Origin: Squalus acanthias
Lineage: Eukaryota
Reading direction: 5' to 3'
DNA: 63,818 nt
Assembly: GCA_030390025.1 (NCBI GenBank)
Contig: JASTWF010000235.1
Coordinates: 372,183 to 436,000, forward strand
Position numbers and translations under genes: made by a program. The notes beneath the pieces were generated by a model. That model did not search any database, was not told where the DNA came from, and was given only the letters and a program-made list of their open reading frames with translations. Positions 37,201 through 50,640 of this stretch are shown piece by piece. Positions within the stretch are counted from its first letter, which is position 1. Each line of letters starts with the position of its first letter.

Positions 37201-40200
37201 GGCATTGGGATTGGTTTAGGAAAGGAGCAGGGATAGGAAGAGAGAGCGGGACAGTTGGATTTGTTGGGGAATGGAGCAGGGCTATGAGGAGAGAGCCGGG
37301 CAGTGGGATTAGTTTAGGAATGGAGCAGGGCTAGGAGTAGAGAGCGGGGCAGTGGGTTTGGTTTAGGAATGGAGCAGGACTAGGAGGAGAGAGCGGGGCA
37401 GTGGGTTTGGTTTAGGAATGGAGCTTGGCTAGGAGGAGAGAGCGGGGCAGTGGGATTGGTTTAGGAATGAAGCAGGACTAGGAGGAGAGAGCGGGGCAGT
37501 GGGATTGAATTAGGAATGGAGCAGGGCTAGGAGGAGAGAGCGGGGCAGTGGGATTGGTTTAGGAATGAAGCAGGACTAGGAGGAGAGAGCGGGGCAGTGG
37601 GATTGAATTAAGAATGCAGCAGGGCTAGGAGCAGAGAGCAGGGCACTGGGATTGGTTTGGGAATGGAGCAGGTCTAGGAGGTGAGAACGGGAAGTGGGAT
37701 TGGTTTAGGAATGGAGCAGGACTAGGAGGAGAGAGCGGGGCAGTGGGATTGAATTAGGAATGGAGCAGGGCTAGGAGGAGAGAGCGGGGCAGTGGGATTG
37801 GTTTAGGAATGGAGCAGGGCTAGGAGCAGAGAGCAGGGCTCTGGGATTGGTTTGGGAATGGAGCAGGGCTAGGACGAGAGAGCGGGACAGTGGGATTGGT
37901 TGGGTATCGGTGCAGGGCAAGGAGGAGAGCGCGAGGCAGTGGGATTAGTTTAGGAATGGAGCAGGGCTAGGAAGAGAAACCGGGGCAGTGGGATTGGTTG
38001 GGAAATGGAGCAGGGCTAGGACGAGAGAGCGGGACAGTGGGATTAGTTGGGGAATGGAGCAGGGCTTGGTGGAGAGAGCGGGGCAGTGGGATTAATTCAG
38101 CAATGGAGGAGGGCTAGGAGGAGAGAGCAGTGCAGTGGGATTGGTTTAGAAATGGTGCAGGGCTAGGAGGAGAGAGCGGGGCAGTGGGATTGGTTTAGAA
38201 ATGGTGCAGGGCTAGGAGGAGACAGCGGGGCAGTGGGATTGGTTTAGGGAAGGAGCAGGGCTGGGAGGAGAGAGCGAGGCAGTGGGAATGGTTTAGGAAT
38301 GGAGCAGGGCTAGGAGGAGAGAACGGAGCAGTGGGATTAGTTAGGAATGGAGCAGGGCTAGGAGTAGAGAGCGGGGCAGTGGGATTAGTTAGGAATGGAG
38401 CAGGGCTAGGAGGAGAGAGCGGGGCAGTGGGATTGGTTTAGAAATGGTGCAGGGCTAGGAGGAGAGAGCGGGGCAGTGGGATTGGTTGGGGAATGGAGCA
38501 GGGCAAGGAGGAGAGAGCGGGGCAGTGGGATTAGTTAGGAATGGAGCAGGACTAGGAGGAGAGAGCGGGGCAGTGGGATTGGTTTAGAAATGGTGCAGGG
38601 CTAGGAGGAGAGAGCGGGGCAGTGGGATTGGTTGAGGAATGGAGCAGGGCTAGGAGGAGAGAGCGGGGCAGTGTGATAGGTTGGGGAATGGAGCAGGGCA
38701 AGGAGGGGAGAGCGGGGCATTGGGATTGGTTTAGGAAAGGAGCAGGGATAGTAGGAGAGAGCAGGTCAGTTGGATTTGTTGGGGAATGGAGCAGGGCTAT
38801 GAGGAGAGAGTGGGGCAGTGGGATTGGTTTAGGAATGGAGCATTGCTAGGAGCAGAGAGCGGGGCAGTGGGATTGGTTGGGGAATGGAGCAGGGCTAGGA
38901 AGAGAGAGCGGGGCAGTGGGATTGGTTGGAGAATGGAGCAGGGCTAGGAGGAGAGAGCGGGGCAGTGGGATTGGTTTAGGAATGGAGCAGATCTAGGAGG
39001 AGGGAGCGGGTCAGTGGGATTGATTCAGCAAAGGAGCAGGGATAGGAGGAGAGAGCGGGGCAGTGGGATTGTTTTAGCAATGGAGCAGGGCTAGGAGTAG
39101 AGAGCCGGGCAGTGGGATTAGTTTAGGAATGGAGCAGGGCTAGGAGGAGAGAGCGGGGCAGTGGGATTTGATTAGGAATGGAGCACGGCTAGGAGTAGAG
39201 AGCCGGGCAGTGGGATTAGTTTAGGAATGGAGCAGGGCTAGGAGGAGAGAGCGGGGCAGTGGGATTAGTTCAGGAATGGAGCAGGGCTAGGAGGAGAGAT
39301 CGGGGCAGTGCGATTAGTTTAAGAATGGAGCAGGGCTAGGAGGAGAGAGCGGGGAAGTGAGATTGGTTTAAGAATGTAGCAGGGCTAGGATGAGAGAGCG
39401 GGGCAGTGGGATTGGTTGGGGAATGGAGCAGGGCTAGGATGAGAGAGCGGGGCAGTGGGATTGGTATAGGAATGGAGCAGGGCTAGGAGGAGAGAGCGGG
39501 GCAGAGGAATTGGTTTAGAAATGGAGCAGGGCTAGGAGCAGAGAGCAGGGCACTGGGATTGGTTTGGGAATGGAGCAGTGTAAGGAGGAGAGAGCGGGGC
39601 AGTGGGATTTGTTGGGGAATGGAGCAGGGCTTGGAGGAGAGAGCGGGGCAGTGGGATTGGTTTAGGAATGCAGCAGGGCTAGGAGGAGAGAGTGGGGCAG
39701 TGGGATTGGTTGGGGAATGGAGCAGGTCTAGGAGGAAAGAACTGGGCAGTGGGATTGATTAAGGAATGGAGCAGGGCAAGGATGTTGGAGCGGGGCATTG
39801 GGATTGGTTGTGGAATGGAGCAGGGCAAGGAGGAGAGAGCGGGGCAGTGGGATTGGTTTAGGTATGGAGCAGGGCTAGGAGGAGAGATCGGGGCAGTGGG
39901 ATTGGTTGGGGAATGGAGCAGGGCTAGGAGGAGAGAGCGGGGCAGTGGGATGGGTTTAGGAATGGAGCAGGGCTAGGATGAGAGAGCGGGGAAGTGAGAT
40001 TGGTTTAGGAATGGAGCAGGACTAGGAGGAGAGAGCGGGGCAGAGGGATTGGTTTAGGAATTGAGCTTGGCTAGGAGAAGAGAGAGGGGCAGTGTGATTG
40101 GTTTAGGAATGGAGCAGGGCTAGGAGCAGAGAGCGGGGCAGTGGGATTAGTTTAGGCATGGAGCAGGACTAGGAGGAGAGAGCGGGGCATTGGGATTTGT

Positions 40201-43200
40201 TGGGGAATGGAGAAGGGCTAGGAGGTGAGAACGGGAAGTAGGATTGGTTTAGGAATGGAGCAGGACTAGGAGAGAGTGGGGCAGTGGGATTGGTTGGGGA
40301 ATGGAGCAGGGCTAGGAGGAGAGAGCGGGGCAGTGGGATTGGTTTAGGAATGGAGCAGGACTAGGAGGAGAGAGCGGGGCACTGGGATTTGTTGGGGAAT
40401 GGAGCAGGGCTTGGAGGAGAGAGCGGGGCAGTGGGATTGGTTGGGGAATGGAGCAGGACTAGGAGGAGAGAGCGGGGCATTGGGATTTGTTGGGGAATGG
40501 AGCAGTGCTAGGAGCAGAGAGCGGGGCATTGGGATTGGTTGGGGAATGGAGCAGGGCTAGGACGAGATAGCGGGGCATTGGGATTGATTTAGGAATGGAG
40601 CAGGGCTAGGAGGAAAGAGCGGGGCAGTGATATTAAATTAGGAATGGAGCAGGGCTAGGAGGAGGCAGCGGGGCAGTGGGATTGATTGGGGAATGGAGCA
40701 GGGCTAAGAGGAGAGCGCGAGGCAGTGGGATTAGTTTAGGAATGGAGCAGGGCTAGGAGGAGAGAGCCGGGCAATGGGATTGGTTCAGGAATGGAGGGGC
40801 TAGGAGGAGGGAGCGGTGCATTGGGATTGGTTTAGGAATGCAGCATGGTTTGGAGGAGAGAGGGGGCAGTGGGATTGGTTTGTTAATGCAGCAGGGCAAG
40901 GAGGAGAGAGCGGGGCAGTGGGATTGGTTGAGGAATGGAGCAGGTCTAGGAGGAAAGAGCGGGGCAGTGGGATTCATTTAGGAATGGAGCAGGGCTAGGA
41001 GGAGAGAGCGAGCAGTGGGATTAGTTTAGGAATGGAGCAGGGCTAGGAGGCGAGAGCGGGGCATTGGGATTGGTTGGGGAATGGAGCAGGGCTAGGAGGA
41101 GAGAGCGGGGCAGTGGGATTGGTTGGGGAATGGAGCAGGGCTAGGAGGAGAGAGCGGGGCAGTGGGATTGGTTTGTTAATGCAGCAGGGCTAGGAGGAGA
41201 GAGCGGGGCAGTAGGATTAGTTTAGGAATTGAGCAGGGGTAGGAGGAGAGAGCGGAGCAGTGGGATTGGTTGGGGAATGGAGCAGGGATAGGACGAGAGA
41301 GCGGGACAGTGGGATTAGTTGGGGAATGGAGCAGGGCTAGGAGGAGAGAGCGGGGCAGTGGGATTGGTTTGGAATGGAGCAGGGCTAGGAGGAGAGAGGG
41401 GGGCAGTGGGATTGATTTAGGAATGGAGCAGGGCTAGGAGGAGAGAGCGGGGCAGTGGGATTGGTTCAGGAATGGAGGGGCTAGGAGGAGAGAGCGGGGA
41501 ATTGTGATTGGTTTAGGAATATAGCAGGGCTAGGAGGAGAGAGCGGGGCACTGGGATTGGTTGGGGTATGTAGCTGGGCTAGGAAAAGAAAGCGGGGCAG
41601 TGGGATTGGTTGGGGAATGGAGCAGGGCAAGGAGGAGGGAGCGGGGCATTGGGATTGGTTTAGGAATCGAGCAGGGCTTGGAGGAGAGAGCGGGGCAGTG
41701 GGATTGGTTTAGGAATGGAGCAGGGCTTGGAGGAGAGAGCGGGGCAGTGGGATTGGTTGAGGAATGGAGCAGGGCTTGGAGGAGAGAGCGGGGCAGTGGG
41801 ATTGGTTGAGGAATGGAGCAGGGCTTGGAGGAGAGAGCGGGGCAGTGGGATTGGTTTAGGAATGGAGCAGGGCTAGGAGGAGAGAGCGGGGCAGTGGGAT
41901 TGGTTGAGGAATGGAGCAGGACTAGGAGGAGAGAGCGGGGCCGTGGGATTGGTTGGGGAATGGAGCAGGGCTAGGAGGAAAGAGCGGGGCCGTGGGATTG
42001 GTTGGGGAATGGAGCAGGGCTAGGAGGAGAGAGCACGGAGTGGGATTAGTTTAGGAATGCAGCAGGGCTAGGAGGAGAGAGCGGGGCAGTGGGATTGGTT
42101 TGGGAATGGAGCAGGGCTAGGAGGAGAGAGCGGGGCAGTGGGATTGGTTTGTTAATGCAGCAGGGCTAGGAGGAGAGAGCGGGGCAGTAGAATTAGTTTT
42201 GGAATTGAGCAGGGGTAGGAGGAGAGAGCGGAGCAGTGGGATTTGTTGGGGAATGGAGCAGGGATAGGAGGAGAGAGCGGGACAGTGGGATTAGTTGGGG
42301 AATGGAGCAGGGCTAGGAGGTGAATGCGGAGCAGTGGGATTGGTTTTGTAATTGAGCAGGGCTAGGAGGAGAGAGCGGGGCAGTGGGATTGATTTAGGAA
42401 TGGAGCAGGGCTAGGAGGAGAGAGCGGGGCAGTGGGATTGGTTTGGGAATGGAACAGGGCTAGGAGGAGAGAGCGGTGCAGTGAATTTGGTTGGGGAATG
42501 GAGCAGGGCTCGGAGGAGAGAGCGGGGCAGAGGGATTGTCTTAGTAATGGAGTAGGGCTAGGAGGAGAGAGCGAGGCAGTGGGATTAGTTTAGGAATGGA
42601 GCAGGGCTCGGAGGAGAGAGCGGGGCAGTGGGATTGATTTAGGAATGGAGCAGGGCTAGGAGGAAAGAGCGGGGCAGTGGGATTGATTTAGGAATAGAGC
42701 AGGGCTAGGAGGAAAGAGCGGGGAATTGTGATTGCTTTAGGAATATAGCAGGGCTAGGAGGAGAGAGCGGGGCAGTGGGATTGGTTGGGGAATGGAGCAG
42801 GGCTCGGAGGATAGAGCGGGGCAGTGGGATTGGTTGGGGAATGGAGCAGGGCTAGGAGGATAGAGCGGGGCAGTGGGATTGGTTGAGGAATGGAGCAGGG
42901 CAAGAAGGAGGGAGCGGTGCATTGGGATTGGTTTAGGAATGGAGCAGGGCTTGGAGGAGAGACAGGTGAGTGGGATTGGTTTGTTAATGCAGCAGGTCTA
43001 GGAGGAGAGAGCGGGGCAGTGGGATTGGTTGAGGAATGGAGCATGGCTAGGAGGAGAGAGCGGGGCAGTGGGATTGGTTGAGGAATGGAGCAGGTCTAGG
43101 AGGAAAGAGCGGGGCAGTGGGATTGATTTAGGAATAGAGCAGGGCTAGGAGGAAAGAGCGGGGCCGTGGGATTGGTTGGGGAATGGAGCAGGGCTAGGAG

Positions 43201-46200
43201 GAGAAAGCGGGGCAGTGGGATTGTTTTAGCAATGGAGCAGGGCAAGGAGGAGAGAGCGGGACAGTGGGATTGATTGGGGAATGGAGCAGGGCTAGGAGGA
43301 AAGAGCGGGCAGTGGGATTCGTTTAGGAATGGACCAGGGCTAGGAGGCGAGAGCAGGGCATTAGGATTAGTTGGGGAATGGAGCAGGGCTAGGAGGAGAG
43401 AGCGGGGCAGTGGGATTGATTTAGGAATGGAGCAGGGCTAGGAGGTGAGAGCGGGGAAGTGGGATTGGTTGGGGTATGTAGCTGGGCTAGGAAGAGAAAG
43501 CGGGGCAGTGGGATTGGTTCAGGAATGGAGGGGCTAGGAGGAGAGAGCGGGGAATTGTGATTGGTTTCGTAATATAGCAGGGCTAGGAGGTGAGAGCGGG
43601 GAAGTGGGATTGGTTGGGGTATGTAGCTGGGCTAGGAAGAGAAAGCGGGGCAGTGGGATTGGTTGGGGAATGGAGCAGGGCAAGGAGGAGGGAGCGGGGC
43701 ATTGGGATTGGTTTAGGAATGGAGCAGGCCTTGGAGGAGAGAGCGTGGCAGTGGGATTGGTTGGGGAATGGAGCAGGGCTAGGAGGAGAAAGCGGGGCAG
43801 TGGGATTGGTTGGGGAATGGAGCAGGGCTAGGAGGAAATAGCACGGAGTGGGATTGGTTGGGGAATGGAGCAGGGCTAGGAGAAGAGCGGGCAGTGGGAT
43901 TAGTTCAGGAATGGAGCAGGGCTAGGAGGAGAGAGCGGGGCAGTGGGATAGATTGGGGAATGGAGCTGGGCTAGGAGAAGAGAACGGGGCAGTGGGATTA
44001 GTTTAGGAATGGAGCAGGGCTAGGAGGAGATAGCACGGAGTGGGATTAGTTTAGGAATGGTGCAGGGCTAGGAGGAGAGAGCGGGCAGTGGGATTAGTTT
44101 AGGAATGGAGCAGGGCTAGGAGGCGAGAGCGGGGCATTGGGATTGGTTTGTTAATGCAGCAGGGCTAGGAGGAGAGAGCGTGGCAGAGGGATTGGATTGG
44201 GAATGGAGCAGGGCTAGGAGGAGAGAGCGGGGCAGTGGGATTGGTTTGTTAATGCAGCACGGCTAGGAGGAGAGAGCGGGGCAGTGGGATTAGCTTTGGA
44301 ATTGAGCAGGGGTAGGAGGAGCGAGCGGAGCAGTGGGATTGGTTGGGGAATGGAGCAGGGATTGGAGGAGAGAGCGGGGTAGTGGGATTGGTTTAGGAAT
44401 GGAGCAGGGCTTGTAGGAGAGAGCGCGGCAGTGGGATTGTTTTGCGAATGGAGCAGGGATAGGAGGAGAGAGCGGGGAAGTGTGATTGGTTGTGAAAGGA
44501 GCAGGGCTAGGAGGACAGAGCGGGGCAGTGGGAATGGTTGAGGAATGGAGCAGGGCTAGGAGGAGACACCGAGGCAGTGGGATTGTTTTAGGAATGGAGC
44601 CGGGCTAAGATGAGAGAGCGGGGCAGTGGGATTGGTTTCGGAATGGAGCAGGGCAAGAGGAGAGAGCGGGACAGTGGGATCATTTGGGGAATGGAGCAGG
44701 GCTAGGAGGAGAATGCGGAGCAGTGGGATTGGTTGGGGAATGGAGCAGGGCTCGGAGGAGAGAGCGGGCAGTGGGATTGGTTTAGGAATGGAGCAGGGCT
44801 TGGAAGAGAGAGCGGGGAAGTGGGATTGGATGGGAAATGGAGCAGGGATAGGAGGAGAGAGCGGACCAGTGGGATTGGTTTAGGAATGGAGCAGGGCTAG
44901 GAGGAGAGAGCGGGGCAGTGGGATTGCTTTAGGAATGGAGCAGGGCTCGGAGGAGAGAGCGGGCAGTGGGATTGGTTTAGGAATGGAGCAGGGCTTGGAA
45001 GAGAGAGCGGGGAAGTGGGATTGGATGGGAAATGGAGCAGGGATAGGAGGAGAGAGCGGACCAGTGGGATTGGTTTAGGAATGGAGCAGGGCTAGGAGGA
45101 GAGAGCGGGGCAGTGGGATTGGTTTAGGAATGGAGCAGGGCTAGCAGGACATAGCGGGGCAGTGGGATTGGTTTAGGAATGGAGCAGGGCTTGTACGAGA
45201 GAGCGGGGAAGTGTGATTGGTTTGGTAATGGAGCAGGGCTAGGAGGAGAGAGCGGGGAAGTGGAATTGGTTTGGGAATGGAGCAGGGCTAGGAGGAGAGA
45301 GCGGGGCAGTGGGATTGGTTTAGTAATGGAACAGGGTTAGTATGACAGAGCGGGGCAGTGGGAATGGTTGAGGAATGGAGCAGGGCTCGGAGGAGACACC
45401 GAGGCAGTGGGATTCTTTTAGGAATGGAGCCGGGCTAGGATGAGAAAGCGGGGCAGTGGGCTTGGTTTAGGAATGGAGCAGGGCTCGGAGGAGAGAGCGG
45501 GACAGTGGGAATGGTTGAGGAATGGAGCAGGGCTAGGAGGAGACACCGGGGCAGTGTGATTGGTGTAGGAATGGAGCAGAGCGAGCAGGAGAGAGAATGG
45601 CATTGGAATTGTTTAGGGATTGAGCAGGGCTAGGAGGAGAGAGCAGGGCAGTGGTAATGGTTCAGGAATGGAGCAGGGCTAGGATGAGAGAGCGGGGCAG
45701 TAGGATTGGTTTAGGAATGGAGCAGGGCATGGAGGAGAGAGCGGAGCAGTGGGATTGGTTGGGGAATGGAGCAGGGCTAGGATGTGAGCGTGGCAGTGGG
45801 ATTGGTTTAGGAATGGAGCAGGACTAGGAGAAGAGACCGAGGTAGTGTGATTTGTTTAGGAATGGTGCAGGGCTAGGAGCAGAGAGCGGGGCAGTGGGAT
45901 TGGTTTAGGAATGGAGCAGGGCTTGGATGAGAGAGCGGGGCAGTGTGAATGATTGGGGAATGGAGCAGGGCTAGGAGGAGAGAGCGGGGCAGTGGGATTG
46001 ATTGGGGAATGGAGCAGGGCTAGGAGGAGAGAGTGGGGCAGTGAGATTGGTTTAGGATGGAGCAGTGCTCTGAGGAGAGAACGGGCAGTGGGATTGGTTT
46101 AGGAATGGATCAGGGCTAGGTGAGAGAGAGGTGCAGTTGGATTTGTTTAGGAATGGAGCAGGGCTAGCAGGAGAGAGCGCGGCAGTGTGATTGGTTTAGG

Positions 46201-49200
46201 AATGGAGCAGGGCTAGGATGAGAGAGCGCGGCAGTGGGATTGATTTAGGAATGGAGCAGGTCTAGGAGGAGAGAGCGGGGCAGTGGGATTGGTTTAGGAA
46301 TGGAGCAGGGATAGGAGTAGAGAGCGGGGCAGTGGGATTGGTTGAGGAAAGGAGCAGGGCCAGGAGTAGAGAGCGGGCAGTGGGTTTGTTTTGGGAATGG
46401 AGCAGGGCTAGGAGGAGAGATCGGGGAAGTGGGATTGGTTTGGGAATGGAGCAGGGCTCGGAGCAGAGAGCGGGGCAGTGGGAATAGTTTAGATATGCAG
46501 CAGGGCAAGGATGACAGAGCGGGGCAGTGGGACTGGTTTAGTAATGGAGCAGGGATAGGAGGAGCGAGCGGGGCTGCAGGATTGGTTGTGGAATGGGGCA
46601 GGGTTGGAGATGAGAGCGGGGCAGTTGGAATGGTTGGGGAATGGAGCAGGGCTAGGAGGAGAGAAGTGGGCAGTGGGATTAGTTTAGGAATGGAGCAGGG
46701 CTGGGAGGAGATTGCGGAGGAGGGGAATGGTTGGGGAATGGAGCAGGGCTAGGAGCAGAGAGCGGGACAGTGGGAATGGTTGATGAATGGAGCAGTGCTA
46801 GGGGGAGACACTGGGGCAGTGGGTTTGGTTTAGGACTGGAGCAGGGCTAGGAGGATAGAGAATGGCTGTGGAATTGTTTAGGAATGGAGCAGGGCTAGGA
46901 GGAGAGAGCGGGAAAGTGGGATTGGTTTATGAATGGAGCAGGGCTAGGAGGAGAGAGCAGGGCAGTGGGGTTGGTTTAGGATGGAGCAGGGCTGGGAGGA
47001 GAGAGCGGGTCAGTGGGATTGGTTTGCGAATGGGGCAGGGATAGGAGGAGAGAGCGGGGCAGTGGGATTGGTTGAGGAATGGAGCAGGGCTAGGAGGAGA
47101 GAGCGGGGCAGTGGGATTGGTTTGGGAATGGAGCAGGGCTAGGAGGAGAGAGCGGGGAAGTGGGATTGGTTGGGGAATGGAGCAGGGCTCGGAGGAGAGA
47201 GCGGGGCAGTGGGATTGGTTGGAGAATGGAGCAGGGCTAGGAGGAGAGAGCGGGGCAGTGGGATTGGTTTAGGAATGGAGCAGGGTTAGGAGGAGAGAGC
47301 AGGGCAGTGGGAATGGTTGAGGAATGGAGCAGGGCTAGGAGGAGACACCGGGGTAGTGTGATTGGTTTAGGAATGGAGCAGGGCTAGGAGGAGAGAGCTG
47401 GTCAGTGGGATTGGTTTAGGAATGGAGCAGGGCTAGGATGAGAGAGCGGGGCAGTAGGATTGGTTTAGGAATGGAGCAGGGCTAGGAGGAGAGAGCGGAG
47501 CAGTGGGATTGGTTGGGAATGGAGCAGGGCTAGGAGGAGAGAGCGGGGCAGTGGGATTGTTTGGGGAATGGAGCAGGGCTAGGATGAGAGAGCGGGCAGT
47601 GGGATTGGTTTAGGAATGGAGCAGGACTAGGAGAAGAGAGCGGGGCAGTGGGATTGGTTTATGAATGGAGCAGGACTAGGAGGAGAGAGCGAGGCAGTGG
47701 GATTTGGTTAGGAATGGTGCAGGGCTAGGAGCAGAGAGCGGGGCAGTGGGATTGGTTTGGGAATGGAGCAGGGCTCGGAGGAGAGTGCGGAGGAGGGGAA
47801 TGGTTGGGGAATGGAGCAGGTCTAGGAGGGGAGAGCGGGGCAGTGGGATTAGTTTAGGAATGGAGCAGGTCTAGGAGGAGAGAGCGGGACAGTGGGAATG
47901 GTTGAGGAATGGAGCAGGGCTAGGGGGAGACACTGGGGCAGTGGGATTGGTTTAGGAATGGAGCAGGGCTAGGAGAAGAGAGCGGGGAAGTGGGATTGGT
48001 TGGGGAATGGAGCAGGGCTAGTAGGAGAGAGCGGGGCAGTGGGATTGGTTTGGGAATGGAGCAGGGCTAGGAGGAGAGAGCGGGGAAGTGGGATTGGTTG
48101 GGGAATGGAGCAGGGCTAGGAGGAGAGAGCGGGGCAGTGGGATTGGTTTGGGAATGGAGCAGGGCTCGGAGGAGAGAGCGGGGCAGTAGGATTGGTTTGG
48201 GAATGGAGCAGGGCTAGGAGGAGAGAGCGGGACAGTGGGAATGGTTGAGGAATGGAGCAGGGCTAGGGGGAGACACTGGGGCAGTGGGATTGGTTTAGGA
48301 ATGGAGCAGGGCTAGGAGGAGAGAGCGGGGAAGTGGGATTGGTTGAGGAATGGAGCAGGGCTAGGAGGAGAGAGCGGGACAGTGGGAATGGTTGAGGAAT
48401 GGAGCAGGGCTAGGGGGAGACACTGGGGCAGTGGGATTGGTTTAGGAATGGAGCAGGGCTAGGAGGAGAGAGCGGGGAAGTGGGATTGGTTGGGGAATGG
48501 AGCAGGGCTAGTAGGAGAGAGCGGGGCAGTGGGATTGGTTTGGGAATGGAGCAGGGCTAGGAGGAGAGAGCGGGGAAGTGGGATTGGTTGGGGATGGAGC
48601 AGGGCTAGGAGGAGAGAGCGGGGCAGTGGGATTGGTTTGGGAATGGAGCAGGGCTCGGAGGAGAGAGCGGGGCAGTAGGATTGGTTTGGGAATGGAGCAG
48701 GGCTAGGAGGAGAGAGCGGGGCAGTGGGATTGGTTTAGTAATGGAGCAGGGTTAGGAGGAGAGAGCGGGGCAGTGGGAATGGTTGAGGAATGGAGCAGGG
48801 CTAGGAGGAGACACAGGGGCAGTGGGATTGGTTTAGGAATGGAGCCGGGCTAGGATGTGAGAACGGGGCGGTGGGATTGGTTTAGGAATGGACTAGGGCT
48901 AGGAGGAGAGAGCGGGGCAGTGGGCGTGGGTGAGGAATGGAGCAGGGCTAGGAGGAGAGAGAATGGCAGTGGAATTGTTTAGGAATGGAGCAGGTCTAGT
49001 AGGAGAGAGCGGGGCAGGGGGATTGGTTTAGGAGTGGAGCAGGGCATGGATGAGAGAGCTGGGCAGTGGGATTGGTTTGGGAATGGAGCAGGGCTCGGAG
49101 AAGAGAGCGGGGCAGTGGGATTGGTTGGGGAATGGAGCAGGACTATGTGGAGAGATCGGGGCAGTGGGATTGGTTTAGGAATGGAGCAGGACTATGTGGA

Positions 49201-50640
49201 GAGAGCGGGGCAGTGGGATTGGTTTAGGAATGGAGCAGGACTAGGAGGAGAGAGCGAGGCAGTGGGATTGGTTTAGGAATGGTGTAGTGCTAGGAGCAGA
49301 GAGCGGGGCAGTGGGATTGGTTTAGGAATGGAGCAGGGCTAGGAAGAGAGAGCGGGTCAGTGGGAATAGTTTAGTGAAGGAGCAGGGCTAGGAGGAGCGA
49401 GCAGGGCAGTGGGATTGGTTGTGGAATGGGGCAGGGTTGGAGGTGAGAGCGGGGCAGTGGGAATGGTTGGGGAATGGAGCACGGCTAGGAGGAGAGAGCG
49501 GGGCAGTGGGATTAGTTTAGGAATGGAGCAGGGCTAGGAGGAGAGAGCGGGGCAGTGGGATTGGTTTAGGAATGGAGCAGGGCTAGTAGGAGAGAGCGGA
49601 GCAGTGGGATTGGTTTAGGAATGGAGCAGGGCTAGGAGGAGAGAGCGGAGCAGTGGGATTGGTTGGCGAATGGAGCAGGGCTAGGAGGAGAGAGCGGGAC
49701 AGTGGGATGGGTTGGAGAATGGAGCAGGGCTAGGAGGAGAGAGCGGGGCAGTGGGATTGGTTTGGGAATGGAGCAGGGCTTGGAGAAGAGTGCCCGTCAG
49801 TGGGTTTGGTTGAAGAGTGGAGCAGAGCTAGGATGAGAACACGGGGCAGTGGGATTTGTTTAGGAATGGAACAGTGCTAGGAGAAGAGAGCGGAGCAGTG
49901 GGATTGTTTGAAGAATTGAGCAGGGCTAGGAGGAGAGAGCGGGGCAGTGGGGTTGGTTCAGGAATGGAGCAGGGCTAGGAGGAGAGCGCGGGGCAGTGGG
50001 ATTGGTTGGCGAATGGAGCAGGGATAGGAGGTGACACCGGGGCAGTGGGATTGGTTTAGGAATGGAGCAGGGCTAGGAGGAGAGAGCGGGGCAGTGGGAT
50101 TGGTTGGGGAATGGAGCAGGGCTAGGAGGAGAGAGTGGGGAATTGGGATTGGTTGGGGAATGGAGTAGGGCTAGGAGGAGAGAGCGGGGCAGTGGGATTG
50201 GTTTGGGAATGGAGCAGGGCTTGGAGGAGAGAGCGGGGCAGTGGGATGGGTTGGGGAATGGAGCAGGGCTAGGAGGTGACACCGGGGCAGTGGGATTGGT
50301 TTAGGAATGGAGCAGGGCTAGGAGGAGAGAGCGGGGCAGTGGGATTGGTTGGGGAATGGAGCAGGGCTAGGAGGAGAGAGTGGGGAATTGGGATTGGTTG
50401 GGGAATGGAGTAGGGCTAGGAGGAGAGAGCGGGGCAGTGGGATTGGTTTGGGAATGGAGCAGGGCTTGGAGGAGAGAGCGGGGCAGTGGGATGGGTTGGG
50501 GAATGGAGCAGGGCTAGGAGTAGAGAGCGGGGCAGTGGAATTGGTTTGGGAATGGAGCAGGGCTTGGAGAAGAGAGCGGGGCAGTGGGATTAGTTTAGGA
50601 ATGGAGCAGGGCTAGGAGGACAGAGCGGGGCAGTGGAATT
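34283..50640 (+). repeat. Homogeneous 49-bp G-rich tandem array (~330 copies)
   Basis: Consensus GGAATGGAGCAGGGCTAGGAGGAGAGAGCGGGGCAGTGGGATTGGTTTA; period counted as 49 (e.g. 36361 to 36410); consensus has 25 G, 12 A, 8 T, 4 C. Confidence 0.97.

Noticed and set aside
34283-50640. Dozens of short G/E/W/R-rich ORFs and P/S-rich antisense ORFs
   Set aside because: They are translations of a 49-bp repeat cycling through three frames with frequent stops; no gene structure.
34283-50640. CRISPR-like array
   Set aside because: Head-to-tail units with no unique spacers, no cas genes, and a vertebrate context.
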